Of a DNA stretch of 64,000 nt, positions 28,180 to 37,456 are shown piece after piece. Origin of the DNA: an uncultured Bacteroidota bacterium (GTDB taxonomy: Bacteria > Bacteroidota > Bacteroidia > Flavobacteriales > Flavobacteriaceae); NCBI GenBank assembly GCA_902609185.1, contig CACLQX010000001.1, positions 2,825-66,824 of the forward strand. Reading direction: 5' to 3'. Both the position numbers and the translations under genes were made by a program. The notes beneath the pieces are model-generated. The model saw nothing but the letters and a program-made list of their open reading frames with translations. It was not told where the DNA came from and made no database searches. Position 1 is the first letter of the stretch. Each line of letters begins with the position of its first letter.

Positions 28180-28697
28180 TTTAAAGATGGTGGATAGGAT
28201 TCCAACACTTGAGAAACAAAATTAGAAATCAATTGATCTCTAGATAGTTTATTTGAGGAAAGTGATCCTGAACCACTTCCTTGCCATATTAATTTACCTG
28301 TCTTTGAATCAACAATGTCGATGTAAAGCAATCCAACAACTTTAGTGAAAGGCTTGTAGGTTCCAGAGCCATAACCATAGTAAGGGTAATACCACCCATA
28401 ATAATTATAATCGTTGAATCTATTTATGTAAACATTTTCCTTTGATTTAGTATCTACAGAAACTATTAAGTCTGGATTTTTAGAAAATGAATAACCCTTT
28501 GAATTTAGATACGATTCAACAGAGCTTAGAATTCTTTTTTTATCAATATCTGAAATTTCAAGGTTTTCAATCTGCTCTTTTGAAAAAGCATATGTATTAT
28601 ATAATGAGAAATCTGAACCACTATCATAATCATAAGCAACTCTTACTGATCCGCAAGAAAGTATAAATAAAGATAATATGAAAAGTGTTAATCTCAT
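28176..28697 (-). CDS. DUF4136-type lipoprotein
   Basis: 173 aa. Lipobox LFILSC followed by VRVAYDYDSGSDFSLYNTYAF, the typical DUF4136 opening. Its 3' end overlaps alaS by 4 nt. Confidence 0.75.
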   Translation of the reverse strand: MRLTLFILSLFILSCGSVRVAYDYDSGSDFSLYNTYAFSKEQIENLEISDIDKKRILSSVESYLNSKGYSFSKNPDLIVSVDTKSKENVYINRFNDYNYYGWYYPYYGYGSGTYKPFTKVVGLLYIDIVDSKTGKLIWQGSGSGSLSSNKLSRDQLISNFVSQVLESYPPSLN

Positions 28698-28764
28698 TGA
28701 TATTAAAATTACAATAATTATGCCTAAAAAATTTCAATTAAAAAGTTATTAATAATTTTAATGT

Positions 28765-29565
28765 ATGAGAGTTGGTAGTAAAATCTGCTTAATTTTAATA
28801 TTTTCCATTTTGATGTCATCATGTAGTCTTTTGAAACTACCTGGAAAAATTATCAAGGCACCATTAAATATAAAGAGATCAATTACAAAAAAACCTAACT
28901 CTAAATCTAATCAATTTGAAAAATTTATAAGAAATTTAAGCTTCGAGGAGAGAAAAAAATGGTATATAAAAACATATTCAGGATTAGCTATTCAACAGAT
29001 GAAAAAATATAAAATTCCAGCAAGTATTATCTTAGCTCAAGGAATGGTTGAGTCAGCTTCGGGGTCAAGTAATTTAGCTTTAAAATCTAATAACCATTTT
29101 GGTATAAAATGCCACCAAGAATGGAGGGGTAAAAAAGTCTATCATGATGATGATGAAAAAAATGAATGTTTTAGAAAATATAATTCACCTGTAGATAGCT
29201 ATAAGGATCATTCGGAATTTTTAACTACAAGGGGGCGCTACTCATTTCTTTTTAGACTACCGAAAGACAATTATATAAAGTGGGCAAATGGTTTAAAAAA
29301 AGCAGGCTACGCTACGGATCCTAATTATCCAAAAAAATTGATTAGAACTATTGAGGAAAATAAACTTTGGAAATTTGATGGCTCCAAAAAACCTTTGAAC
29401 CAAAAGAAAAGTAAAGAATTAAAAAATATTCATACTGTTCAAAGGGGTGACACATTGTATTCTATATCTAAAAAATATAATATTTCTATTGAAGACATTA
29501 TGAAAATTAATAATCTAAAAAACAATCAGATTAGTGTTGGTCAAGAAATTAAATACGTAAACTAA
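28765..29565 (+). CDS. Peptidoglycan N-acetylglucosaminidase (FlgJ-like GH73) with C-terminal LysM
   Basis: 266 aa with lipobox LMSSC. GH73 motif IILAQGMVESASGSS..NNHFGIK. LysM HTVQRGDTLYSISKKYNISIEDIMKINNL. Confidence 0.85.
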   Translation: MRVGSKICLILIFSILMSSCSLLKLPGKIIKAPLNIKRSITKKPNSKSNQFEKFIRNLSFEERKKWYIKTYSGLAIQQMKKYKIPASIILAQGMVESASGSSNLALKSNNHFGIKCHQEWRGKKVYHDDDEKNECFRKYNSPVDSYKDHSEFLTTRGRYSFLFRLPKDNYIKWANGLKKAGYATDPNYPKKLIRTIEENKLWKFDGSKKPLNQKKSKELKNIHTVQRGDTLYSISKKYNISIEDIMKINNLKNNQISVGQEIKYVN

Positions 29566-29568
29566 CAT

Positions 29569-32019
29569 CTAACCTTTGAGTATATTATTTATTAATCCAG
29601 TACAATACATCAAATGATTTTTAACCGATTTATTTGAAGAGTATTTTTTCTGAGCTTTATTTAACTCCTTTCTCAAATCAATTAAGATACCTAATGTTGT
29701 AGACCTTATGTCAGATTCATCAACTTTAACTCTAGTTATGCTAGAGGATGATCTAAAAAATGATGGAATATTTTGATTTTCTTTCATCAAATACCCTAAT
29801 CTTTGAATAAAAGCTCTTTGAATATTTCGCCTGTAAATATCAATATTTGAATTATTTTTCAATTCACTAAAAATACCATTCTTTAAATCCAACATTAATT
29901 CGTTTATTGAGTAGGCCTTTAATCCATTCAACGCTTCATTTTCAATCACTCTAGCTAGTCTGCCAAAATCAAGGACCCTGTTTAGGTAGCTTGACTGAAG
30001 TCCTCTAACTTGATCTACAGCGCCAGCAAATTGAATTTTATCCAATATATCTTTATCTATCATCCATGTAGGAGTTTCAAATAAGTTTTTGTTAAGGAAT
30101 TGAACACAATTTTTTTGATGATTTTTTTCTACATGACTATATATTGGACCTATTTGATCAGAGGTTTTATAATGCTGATAAATACCTCCAATATTATTTG
30201 TTACATGCCCCATATATCTTCTGAACTGATTAAATACAGCATTATGTAATTCCCTAAGGTTATCATAATTTTCACCTTCGGTTGAAGTCCAATTAATTAA
30301 TTCAGGATAAATTCTTTTTAAGTTTTTAATTCCATAGTTACTTGACTTTATAGCATTATCACCTAAATCTTCGGTTTGTTGACTAGGATCTACGTTGCCA
30401 CCCGGACCAAACCTATATTTTAAATCAGTTTGTTTTTCTGTTATCCACTTTCTTAAAACTTCTTTTTCCTCTTCCTCACTTAAGTCAAGTATTGGTCTGT
30501 AGCCCCATTTGACAGAAAATCTATCGTATATTCCGCTATTTGGTGTGTTCCAATCAGACGGTATTAGTGCAACTCCTTTGTCTTCAGGTTGAGCAACATA
30601 ATTATAACGTGCATAGTCCATAATCGAGGGTGCCGTACCGTATTTTTTTGTGAATGTTACAGATCTTAAAGAATCAACAGGGTATGCACTACTGCTTCCC
30701 ATATTGTGTGGAAGACCTATTGCGTGACCAACCTCGTGGGCTGCAATAAATCTAACGCCTTCACCCATTAATTCATTTTTTAATTCAACTCCTCTTGCAT
30801 CCTCATTTACTGCACCTGTTTGAACAACAAGCCAATCTCTAACCAGTTTTAATACATTGTGATACCAATTAACACTGAACTCAATAATTTCGCCAGATCT
30901 CGGATCAACAACATTACCTCCATTAGCATTTACAGTTTCAGAAGCTAAGTATCTAAATACACTGTATCTAACATCCTCAGGACTCCAATCAGGATTTTCA
31001 TCCTTTGTAGGCGGATCTTTGGCCATAATGGCATTTTTAAATCCTGCTTCTTCAAAGGCAATTTGCCAATCTTCAATTCCTAACTTTATATATTTCCTCC
31101 ACTTTAGGGGAGTTCCTGGGTCAATATAAAATATAATTGGATTTTTAGGTTCTACCAATTCACCTGCTTTGAATTTGTCTATATCTTCATCTTTAACCTC
31201 TAACCTCCATCTTCTCAAATATCTAATTGTTTCAGCTCTTTGATTATCAAGACCATAATCAACCTGCCTATTTGTATTCCATCCAACTCTTTCATCAAAA
31301 TATCTTCTTTTCATAGGTTTTTTTGGAAGAATAATCATTGAATTATTAATTTCCATAGAAACTGAACCGTTTTTTGCCTCTGTCGATCTATATGTCTTAA
31401 CATTTCTTACCTCTATATTTTTTGGAAAGGACTTAATATTTTTGATATATGATAGCTTTGAATCAAGACTAGTAATCTTATAGCTTTTTCTGCTTCTTTG
31501 CGGATAACCAAGACTTTTTAAGTCTGTAGTAAATAAACTTGTAACATCAATGAGAGATGAATTTACAGAGTCATTTCTGGCTTCAACCTTAAATTTGAAC
31601 AAAATCGGTTCAAAATTAGAATTTATAACTGCCTCATTAATTGGTAGTGAGTCTGCAGCATAATTTATGTAAGAGGATTCCCTCAATAATACATTATTAT
31701 TATTTTTTTCCCATCTTAAAACTTGTCGATTAAGAATATGTGAGTATAGTGGAATTGAGACAGACATTTTTGAAATTCTAGTTATCATTAACATATCTCT
31801 ACCAATTAATGAATCAGGTATCTCATAATAATATTTTTCATCATTTTTGTAGATATTAAACAATCCCTCATCTTTTGTTGCCTTTGAAACTATTGATGCA
31901 AAACTTTTAGTTTTCGTATTAGAATCAGATTTGGATGATTTTTTCTCGTCCTGAGAATGTAAACTTTTACTAGGTATTAGTATAAAGATTAATAAGAATA
32001 GATTTATAATCACTTTCAT
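29569..32019 (-). CDS. Secreted zinc-dependent metalloprotease (large met-zincin, DUF5117/DUF4953-type)
   Basis: 816 aa with a signal peptide and the HExxH site AAHEVGHAIGLPHN. Confidence 0.85.
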   Translation of the reverse strand: MKVIINLFLLIFILIPSKSLHSQDEKKSSKSDSNTKTKSFASIVSKATKDEGLFNIYKNDEKYYYEIPDSLIGRDMLMITRISKMSVSIPLYSHILNRQVLRWEKNNNNVLLRESSYINYAADSLPINEAVINSNFEPILFKFKVEARNDSVNSSLIDVTSLFTTDLKSLGYPQRSRKSYKITSLDSKLSYIKNIKSFPKNIEVRNVKTYRSTEAKNGSVSMEINNSMIILPKKPMKRRYFDERVGWNTNRQVDYGLDNQRAETIRYLRRWRLEVKDEDIDKFKAGELVEPKNPIIFYIDPGTPLKWRKYIKLGIEDWQIAFEEAGFKNAIMAKDPPTKDENPDWSPEDVRYSVFRYLASETVNANGGNVVDPRSGEIIEFSVNWYHNVLKLVRDWLVVQTGAVNEDARGVELKNELMGEGVRFIAAHEVGHAIGLPHNMGSSSAYPVDSLRSVTFTKKYGTAPSIMDYARYNYVAQPEDKGVALIPSDWNTPNSGIYDRFSVKWGYRPILDLSEEEEKEVLRKWITEKQTDLKYRFGPGGNVDPSQQTEDLGDNAIKSSNYGIKNLKRIYPELINWTSTEGENYDNLRELHNAVFNQFRRYMGHVTNNIGGIYQHYKTSDQIGPIYSHVEKNHQKNCVQFLNKNLFETPTWMIDKDILDKIQFAGAVDQVRGLQSSYLNRVLDFGRLARVIENEALNGLKAYSINELMLDLKNGIFSELKNNSNIDIYRRNIQRAFIQRLGYLMKENQNIPSFFRSSSSITRVKVDESDIRSTTLGILIDLRKELNKAQKKYSSNKSVKNHLMYCTGLINNILKG

Positions 32020-32032
32020 ATTTTAAATTTTT

Positions 32033-33733
32033 TTAGATTGATTCAACAAAAATGCCAGAGTCATTTTTGAATACTTTTAATAGTTTATTTTTTGTCAAGG
32101 ATTTTATTGTTTTGTCCCATTTTTTATTACTTAGTTCTGCAAAATCTTTTAATTCTCCAATTTCAACTTTTTTATTTTTTTTCATAAAGTCAAAAACTTT
32201 CCTTTCTTCCTCATTCAATTTCACTTTATTTTTTTCAGGTCGCATTTGAGGAAAAAATATAACTTCCTGTATCGATTTATGATTTGTTAGTAGCATGACC
32301 AACCGATCAATTCCAAAACCTATTCCAGATGTTGGGGGCATACCGTACTCTAGTGAACGAATAAAGTCATGGTCAATAAACATTGCTTCATCATCTCCCT
32401 TCTCAGAAAGTTTTAATTGGTCTTCAAACCTTTCAAGCTGATCAATAGGATCATTTAATTCAGAATAAGCGTTAGCTATCTCACTACCATTAATTAAAAG
32501 CTCAAATCTTTCAGTCAGATTTTCTTTTGTTCGGTGTTGTTTTGTTAAGGGACTCATTTCCTTTGGATAGTCAATAATAAAAGTTGGTTGGATAAACTTG
32601 GATTCGCACTTATCTCCAAATATTGAATCAATTATTTTTCCTCTACCCATTGTTGAATCAATCTCTATTCCAATACTTTTTGCTTTTTCAGATAATTCTT
32701 GGTCATCTAATTTTTCAATGTCCAATCCTGTTTCATTTTTAATTGCATCTAAAATTGGAACTTTTTTGTAAGGTCCTTTAAAATCTATTTTCTTATTCCC
32801 ATAGATAACTTCAGTTTTTCCATACAGGTTAGTAACTGTATCCTCTAATAATTTTTCAGTCAAATCCATCATCCAATTATAGTCTTTGTATGCAACATAA
32901 AATTCAAGATTTGTGAATTCAGGGTTATGAGTTCTATCCATTCCTTCATTTCTAAAATCTTTAGCAAATTCAAAAACTCCATCAAAACCACCAACTATAA
33001 GTCTTTTTAGATAAAGCTCATTGGCTATTCTCATATATAATGGAATGTTAAGAGAATTATGGTGTGTTACAAATGGCTTTGCTGTTGCTCCGCCAGGAAT
33101 AGGTTGTAAAATTGGAGTCTCAACTTCAATAAAGTTCAGTTTTTCTAAAAACTTTCTAATAGAACTTATGATTTTTGATCTCTTTAAAAAGGTTTCTTTG
33201 ACCTCACTATTAACCACTAAGTCAATATATCTTTGTCTATATCTTTGTTCTGGATCACTAAATTCATCATACTTGTTACCTTCACTATCCTCTTTTGGGA
33301 GCGGTAGAGGTTTAAGAGATTTAGATAGTAATTTGAAATCTTTTACCATGATGGTCATTTCACCTACTTGAGTCTTGAAAAGAACCCCATCAATTCCTAA
33401 AAAATCACCGATATCAAGTAACTTTTTATAAAGATCATTGTATTTTGATTTATTCTCTGAATTACATATTTCGTCCCTATTAAAATAAACTTGAATCTTT
33501 CCAGTGCTGTCTTGAATCTCTGCAAAACTGGCCTTTCCCTGTATTCTTCTTGACATAATTCTACCAGCAACTTTAACAACTTCACCTTCTTTAAAATTTT
33601 CTTTAATTTTTACAGCTAGGTGACTTACTTGAAAAGTTTCTGCAGGGTAGGGATTTATACCTAATTCAATAATTTTTTTTAGTTTTTCTCTCCTAACCAG
33701 CTCTTGTTCAGAAAAATTTGACATGTCATTCAA
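32033..33733 (-). CDS. lysS: Lysine--tRNA ligase (class II) with Bacteroidetes-type C-terminal extension
   Basis: 566 aa with an OB-fold N-terminus and class II motifs (FRNEG, GIGFGIDRLVML). There are about 65 extra C-terminal residues after FPQMR. Confidence 0.96.
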   Translation of the reverse strand: MNDMSNFSEQELVRREKLKKIIELGINPYPAETFQVSHLAVKIKENFKEGEVVKVAGRIMSRRIQGKASFAEIQDSTGKIQVYFNRDEICNSENKSKYNDLYKKLLDIGDFLGIDGVLFKTQVGEMTIMVKDFKLLSKSLKPLPLPKEDSEGNKYDEFSDPEQRYRQRYIDLVVNSEVKETFLKRSKIISSIRKFLEKLNFIEVETPILQPIPGGATAKPFVTHHNSLNIPLYMRIANELYLKRLIVGGFDGVFEFAKDFRNEGMDRTHNPEFTNLEFYVAYKDYNWMMDLTEKLLEDTVTNLYGKTEVIYGNKKIDFKGPYKKVPILDAIKNETGLDIEKLDDQELSEKAKSIGIEIDSTMGRGKIIDSIFGDKCESKFIQPTFIIDYPKEMSPLTKQHRTKENLTERFELLINGSEIANAYSELNDPIDQLERFEDQLKLSEKGDDEAMFIDHDFIRSLEYGMPPTSGIGFGIDRLVMLLTNHKSIQEVIFFPQMRPEKNKVKLNEEERKVFDFMKKNKKVEIGELKDFAELSNKKWDKTIKSLTKNKLLKVFKNDSGIFVESI

Positions 33734-33795
33734 ATATAATAATATAACATGTACTTAATGCTTATGTTTTTTATTTTTATACTACCAATTAAATA

Positions 33796-34494
33796 GTGTT
33801 GAATACCAATAAACAAATAGAAATAAAAAAACTAGGTTTCAAAGAATACAGTAAGGCTTTAGAAATTCAAAACTATTATCATGATGAGATCTGTAATATC
33901 AAATTAAGCAATAGGAAAAATAATAACTCTACACCAACACCAAATTATCTTTTGTTTGTTGAGCATAATCATGTTTATACCATTGGAAAAAGTGGAGATT
34001 TAAATAACTTGTTATTCAATCAAAATTTACTAAAAGAAAAGGGTATCGAATTAATAAAAATTGGAAGGGGAGGAGACATCACATATCACGGACCTGGTCA
34101 GGTAGTATGCTATCCAATATTTGACCTCGAAAACTTTTTTACTGATATCCATAAATATTTAAGAACTCTAGAATCCATAGTTGTAAAAACATTAAAAAAG
34201 TTTGAAATTGATTCAATTGGAAGTGAGGATCACACAGGTGTATGGATAGATAAGGGTACAGTAAATGAAAGAAAAATCTGTGCTCTGGGAATTAAAGCAA
34301 GTAGATGGGTTACTAAGCACGGATTGGCGCTAAACGTTAATACTGATTTGTCTTATTTTGATGGAATTATTCCTTGTGGACTTAAGGGAAAAGCTGTGAC
34401 TTCAATGAGTAAAGAAATTGGCAAGGAAGTAAATATTGATGAAGTGATTGAAGAGCTTTCTCATCAATTTGATTTTTTTTTTAAAAATCATTAA
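33796..34494 (+). CDS. lipB: Octanoyltransferase LipB
   Basis: 232 aa with a GTG start. GRGGDITYHGPGQVVCYPI and the KICALG catalytic Cys/Lys region. Confidence 0.93.
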   Translation: MLNTNKQIEIKKLGFKEYSKALEIQNYYHDEICNIKLSNRKNNNSTPTPNYLLFVEHNHVYTIGKSGDLNNLLFNQNLLKEKGIELIKIGRGGDITYHGPGQVVCYPIFDLENFFTDIHKYLRTLESIVVKTLKKFEIDSIGSEDHTGVWIDKGTVNERKICALGIKASRWVTKHGLALNVNTDLSYFDGIIPCGLKGKAVTSMSKEIGKEVNIDEVIEELSHQFDFFFKNH

Positions 34495-36786
34495 TTAGTC
34501 AACACTGTAGCATAGTAGCTCATCCTCGTCACCTACCAGTACCAAAAATGTTTGTTTTTCCTTGGATGAAAAATTAAAATACTTTGACGAAAAAATAGGA
34601 AAACGATCAACCTTTTTGGTTTTATTAAAAAGGTAAAGTTCTTTAGTATCAAGGTTTAGTAAGGAGACATAATCTTTGTAAATTTTTGGATCAACATAGT
34701 TGCCATAAGGAATCTTAAATTCATTTTCATTTACTAAAAGTTTATTTTCAGTAAGCATAACTAATAAATCTTGATTTGAGGCCACGTTATTTATTTTGTC
34801 GGTAAAAGGCTGATATGAAACTTCTCCAGAAATATCAATCTTAACAATTTCATTTCCTTCACTTAGGAATAATAATTTATTTTGATTTTTAAAGACAGTT
34901 GACTCATACTTTAAATCTTTAGGTAATTTAATTCTTACCCTCCCTCTTCTATCAAATATTTCAAAAGTTTTATCATCATAATATTGAATAAGAAAATCTT
35001 TATTGAGTATTCTTACATGATCCATACTATTAGTTATATTTTTCTTAGTCTTTGTGCCTTTAAAGCCTTTGACAATATTGAGTTTTGAGTCATACATCGA
35101 AACAGTACGTCCTTCCTGAACAACCAATCTGTAATTTTTATTTTTGTCATAATCAAAAACAGATAAATATTTTTGAGTCCCACTTGCCTTATTCATAATT
35201 TTTTTGACAACATTTCCTTTTATATCAAGGATATAAAGATATTCAAGGGTTAGAAAAACAAATTGTAATCTATTGTTTTTATACATATCAATTTGATGTA
35301 CATCACTAATAATCTTTGATTCAAAATTTTTTGACCATATTTTATTGCCACTTAAATCTGATAGAATTATTTTATTATCTGAGTCCTGAAAAAAAATATT
35401 CAAATCGTTAGTTCTATGATTTTTAATCAGTGAGGGTGTAATCACAATTTCTTTAGAGTGTTTTGTTTTAAAAACTAATTCTAACTTTCGAATTGACTGT
35501 GTATTTTCATTTGGACTTGTAAATAGTGAAAAATAAGAGAGATTTTTACTGATTTCCTCACTAGTGTATATGTACTTATTGCTAAAATCTTCACTATTAC
35601 TATCATTATACAAAGCAAATTTTACAGATTTAGATGGAATTTTTTTTCTAAACCCCTTAAATTCATTCTCCTTCGACAGGGTTAAATTATTTCTAAAATT
35701 CAAAATAATATTTTCTAATTCGTTTTCAGTCATTGAAAACAACACTAAGTTTCCAAATTTTGTAAAATATTTGAAGTTGTTAAGTTTATTAAAACCAAAA
35801 AGATCAATCTGAAAATTATTTTTTGATAACTCAATAATTTCTTGTCCTCGGTAAAATTGATTCCTTATTATTGATTCACTTAAGTTGATTTGATCAGCAT
35901 CAGTAAAATTCAAAATAAATAGAGTATCATTCTTAATTGTTAATTCACCAATTTCAGAAACATTCTGATACACTGAATCAATTTCATAAGTAATTATTGA
36001 TTCATCTTGTTTTAGTGAGTTTAAGTTTTTTTTGATCTCACTAAATTCAAATGAAATCCTTTCAAGTTTAGAAAAGTTTGTTGGAACTATATCAAAAAAA
36101 TCTGTTTTAGTTTTTTTTAAATTATTTAAAAGTTGAATATTTCTTTTTTGGTCACTTTCAGCAAATCCCAATACATTAATTTCGTCATTCAAAATATCAA
36201 ATTCGTAGGATATAAATTCAGAAAACTTTTCTACATTTTGGGGGATATCTTTGAATTTTAATCCGTCGTAGTTTTCCCTCACTATAAGAGAAATATTTTT
36301 TGATTTATTTTCATAAAGTTTTTGAAATTTTTCAAAATCAATATTTGAACTGTAAGTTGAGTTACGGATTACATTTTCAATTAAAAGTTTGTTTTTTGAT
36401 AAATACAAAAAATTATTTTGCTGTGTCAGAAAATTAGAATTTTTATCAATGTAAATATTCTTACCACCATAACTTACTGAGTCAAGTAATTTGTTTGATA
36501 GTGTATCAGAAAATTCATGTATTAAAATAAGATCTAAGATATTTTTTGATGTATTATGAAAGCTTATCAACATTTCACCTTTTGGTTTATAATTTTCAAT
36601 TAATGATAAATCAAAACCTGTAGACTCTGAGATAAATTCAAGTGTTTGATAATTAATATTTTCATATTCTTTAATTAGTATTGTTAAAACTGGATCGTCG
36701 GGGATATCTTCAATAATTAATTTCGTTTGTTCATTTTCTGAGCAAGAAATAAGTAATACAATTAAAATAATATAAAGCCTCTTCAT
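34495..36786 (-). CDS. Large hypothetical lipoprotein (C-terminal half repeat-like, possibly beta-propeller)
   Basis: 763 aa with lipobox VLLISC and no motif I can name. It is Asn/Lys/Ile-rich. The C-terminal roughly 330 aa show recurring strand-turn segments (..ILSDLSGNKIWS.., ..YILDIKGNVVKK.., ..VSMYDSKLNIVKG.., ..FEIFDRRGRVRI.., ..IVKIDISGEVSY..). Confidence 0.7.
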   Translation of the reverse strand: MKRLYIILIVLLISCSENEQTKLIIEDIPDDPVLTILIKEYENINYQTLEFISESTGFDLSLIENYKPKGEMLISFHNTSKNILDLILIHEFSDTLSNKLLDSVSYGGKNIYIDKNSNFLTQQNNFLYLSKNKLLIENVIRNSTYSSNIDFEKFQKLYENKSKNISLIVRENYDGLKFKDIPQNVEKFSEFISYEFDILNDEINVLGFAESDQKRNIQLLNNLKKTKTDFFDIVPTNFSKLERISFEFSEIKKNLNSLKQDESIITYEIDSVYQNVSEIGELTIKNDTLFILNFTDADQINLSESIIRNQFYRGQEIIELSKNNFQIDLFGFNKLNNFKYFTKFGNLVLFSMTENELENIILNFRNNLTLSKENEFKGFRKKIPSKSVKFALYNDSNSEDFSNKYIYTSEEISKNLSYFSLFTSPNENTQSIRKLELVFKTKHSKEIVITPSLIKNHRTNDLNIFFQDSDNKIILSDLSGNKIWSKNFESKIISDVHQIDMYKNNRLQFVFLTLEYLYILDIKGNVVKKIMNKASGTQKYLSVFDYDKNKNYRLVVQEGRTVSMYDSKLNIVKGFKGTKTKKNITNSMDHVRILNKDFLIQYYDDKTFEIFDRRGRVRIKLPKDLKYESTVFKNQNKLLFLSEGNEIVKIDISGEVSYQPFTDKINNVASNQDLLVMLTENKLLVNENEFKIPYGNYVDPKIYKDYVSLLNLDTKELYLFNKTKKVDRFPIFSSKYFNFSSKEKQTFLVLVGDEDELLCYSVD

Positions 36787-36807
36787 TTATTTAGTAAAAT
36801 TAGAAAG

Positions 36808-37404
36808 TTAGATTGTCAGTTTCAACTGTTTGTTTTTAATTTTAAATGTTTTTCGATGAAATCTGCATAGGCCATATTTAGAAATCATTTCTCTGTGGCT
36901 TATTGTTCCATAGCCTTTATTATTTTTCCAACCATACATTGGAAATAAAGTATTTAATTCACACATAATTTCATCTCTTTTGACTTTTGCAAGAATTGAT
37001 GCTGCTGCGATACTTAAATATTTGTTATCCCCACCAACAATACATTCAAAGTTTATTTTTTTATTTGTTTTAAATCTATTCCCATCAATAATTATTTTGT
37101 GTGGCTTTATCTCAAGATTTTCAATAGCAAAGTTCATAGCTAAATAAGTGGAATTTAAAATATTGATTTTATCAATTTTTTTTGAGTTAATACTCATGAT
37201 CGAATATGAAATACAATCGTTAATTATTTCATTATATAATCGAGTTCTTTGATCTTGATTTAGTTTTTTTGAATCTTTAATAAATGGGTTTTTATAATTT
37301 TTTGGTAAAATTACTGCCGCTGCTGTAACAGGACCGGCAAGTGATCCTCTTCCAGCTTCATCAACTCCACATACCAGGTTTTTGTTATCAAAAAGACTCA
37401 ACAT
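36808..37404 (-). CDS. rnhB: Ribonuclease HII
   Basis: 198 aa with GVDEAGRGSLAGPV, IIDG and ASILAKVKRD. Confidence 0.93.
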   Translation of the reverse strand: MLSLFDNKNLVCGVDEAGRGSLAGPVTAAAVILPKNYKNPFIKDSKKLNQDQRTRLYNEIINDCISYSIMSINSKKIDKINILNSTYLAMNFAIENLEIKPHKIIIDGNRFKTNKKINFECIVGGDNKYLSIAAASILAKVKRDEIMCELNTLFPMYGWKNNKGYGTISHREMISKYGLCRFHRKTFKIKNKQLKLTI

Positions 37405-37456
37405 ATTATTAAATTAAATCATAAATGCTATTAAATCAATAACTTTAAATAAATAA

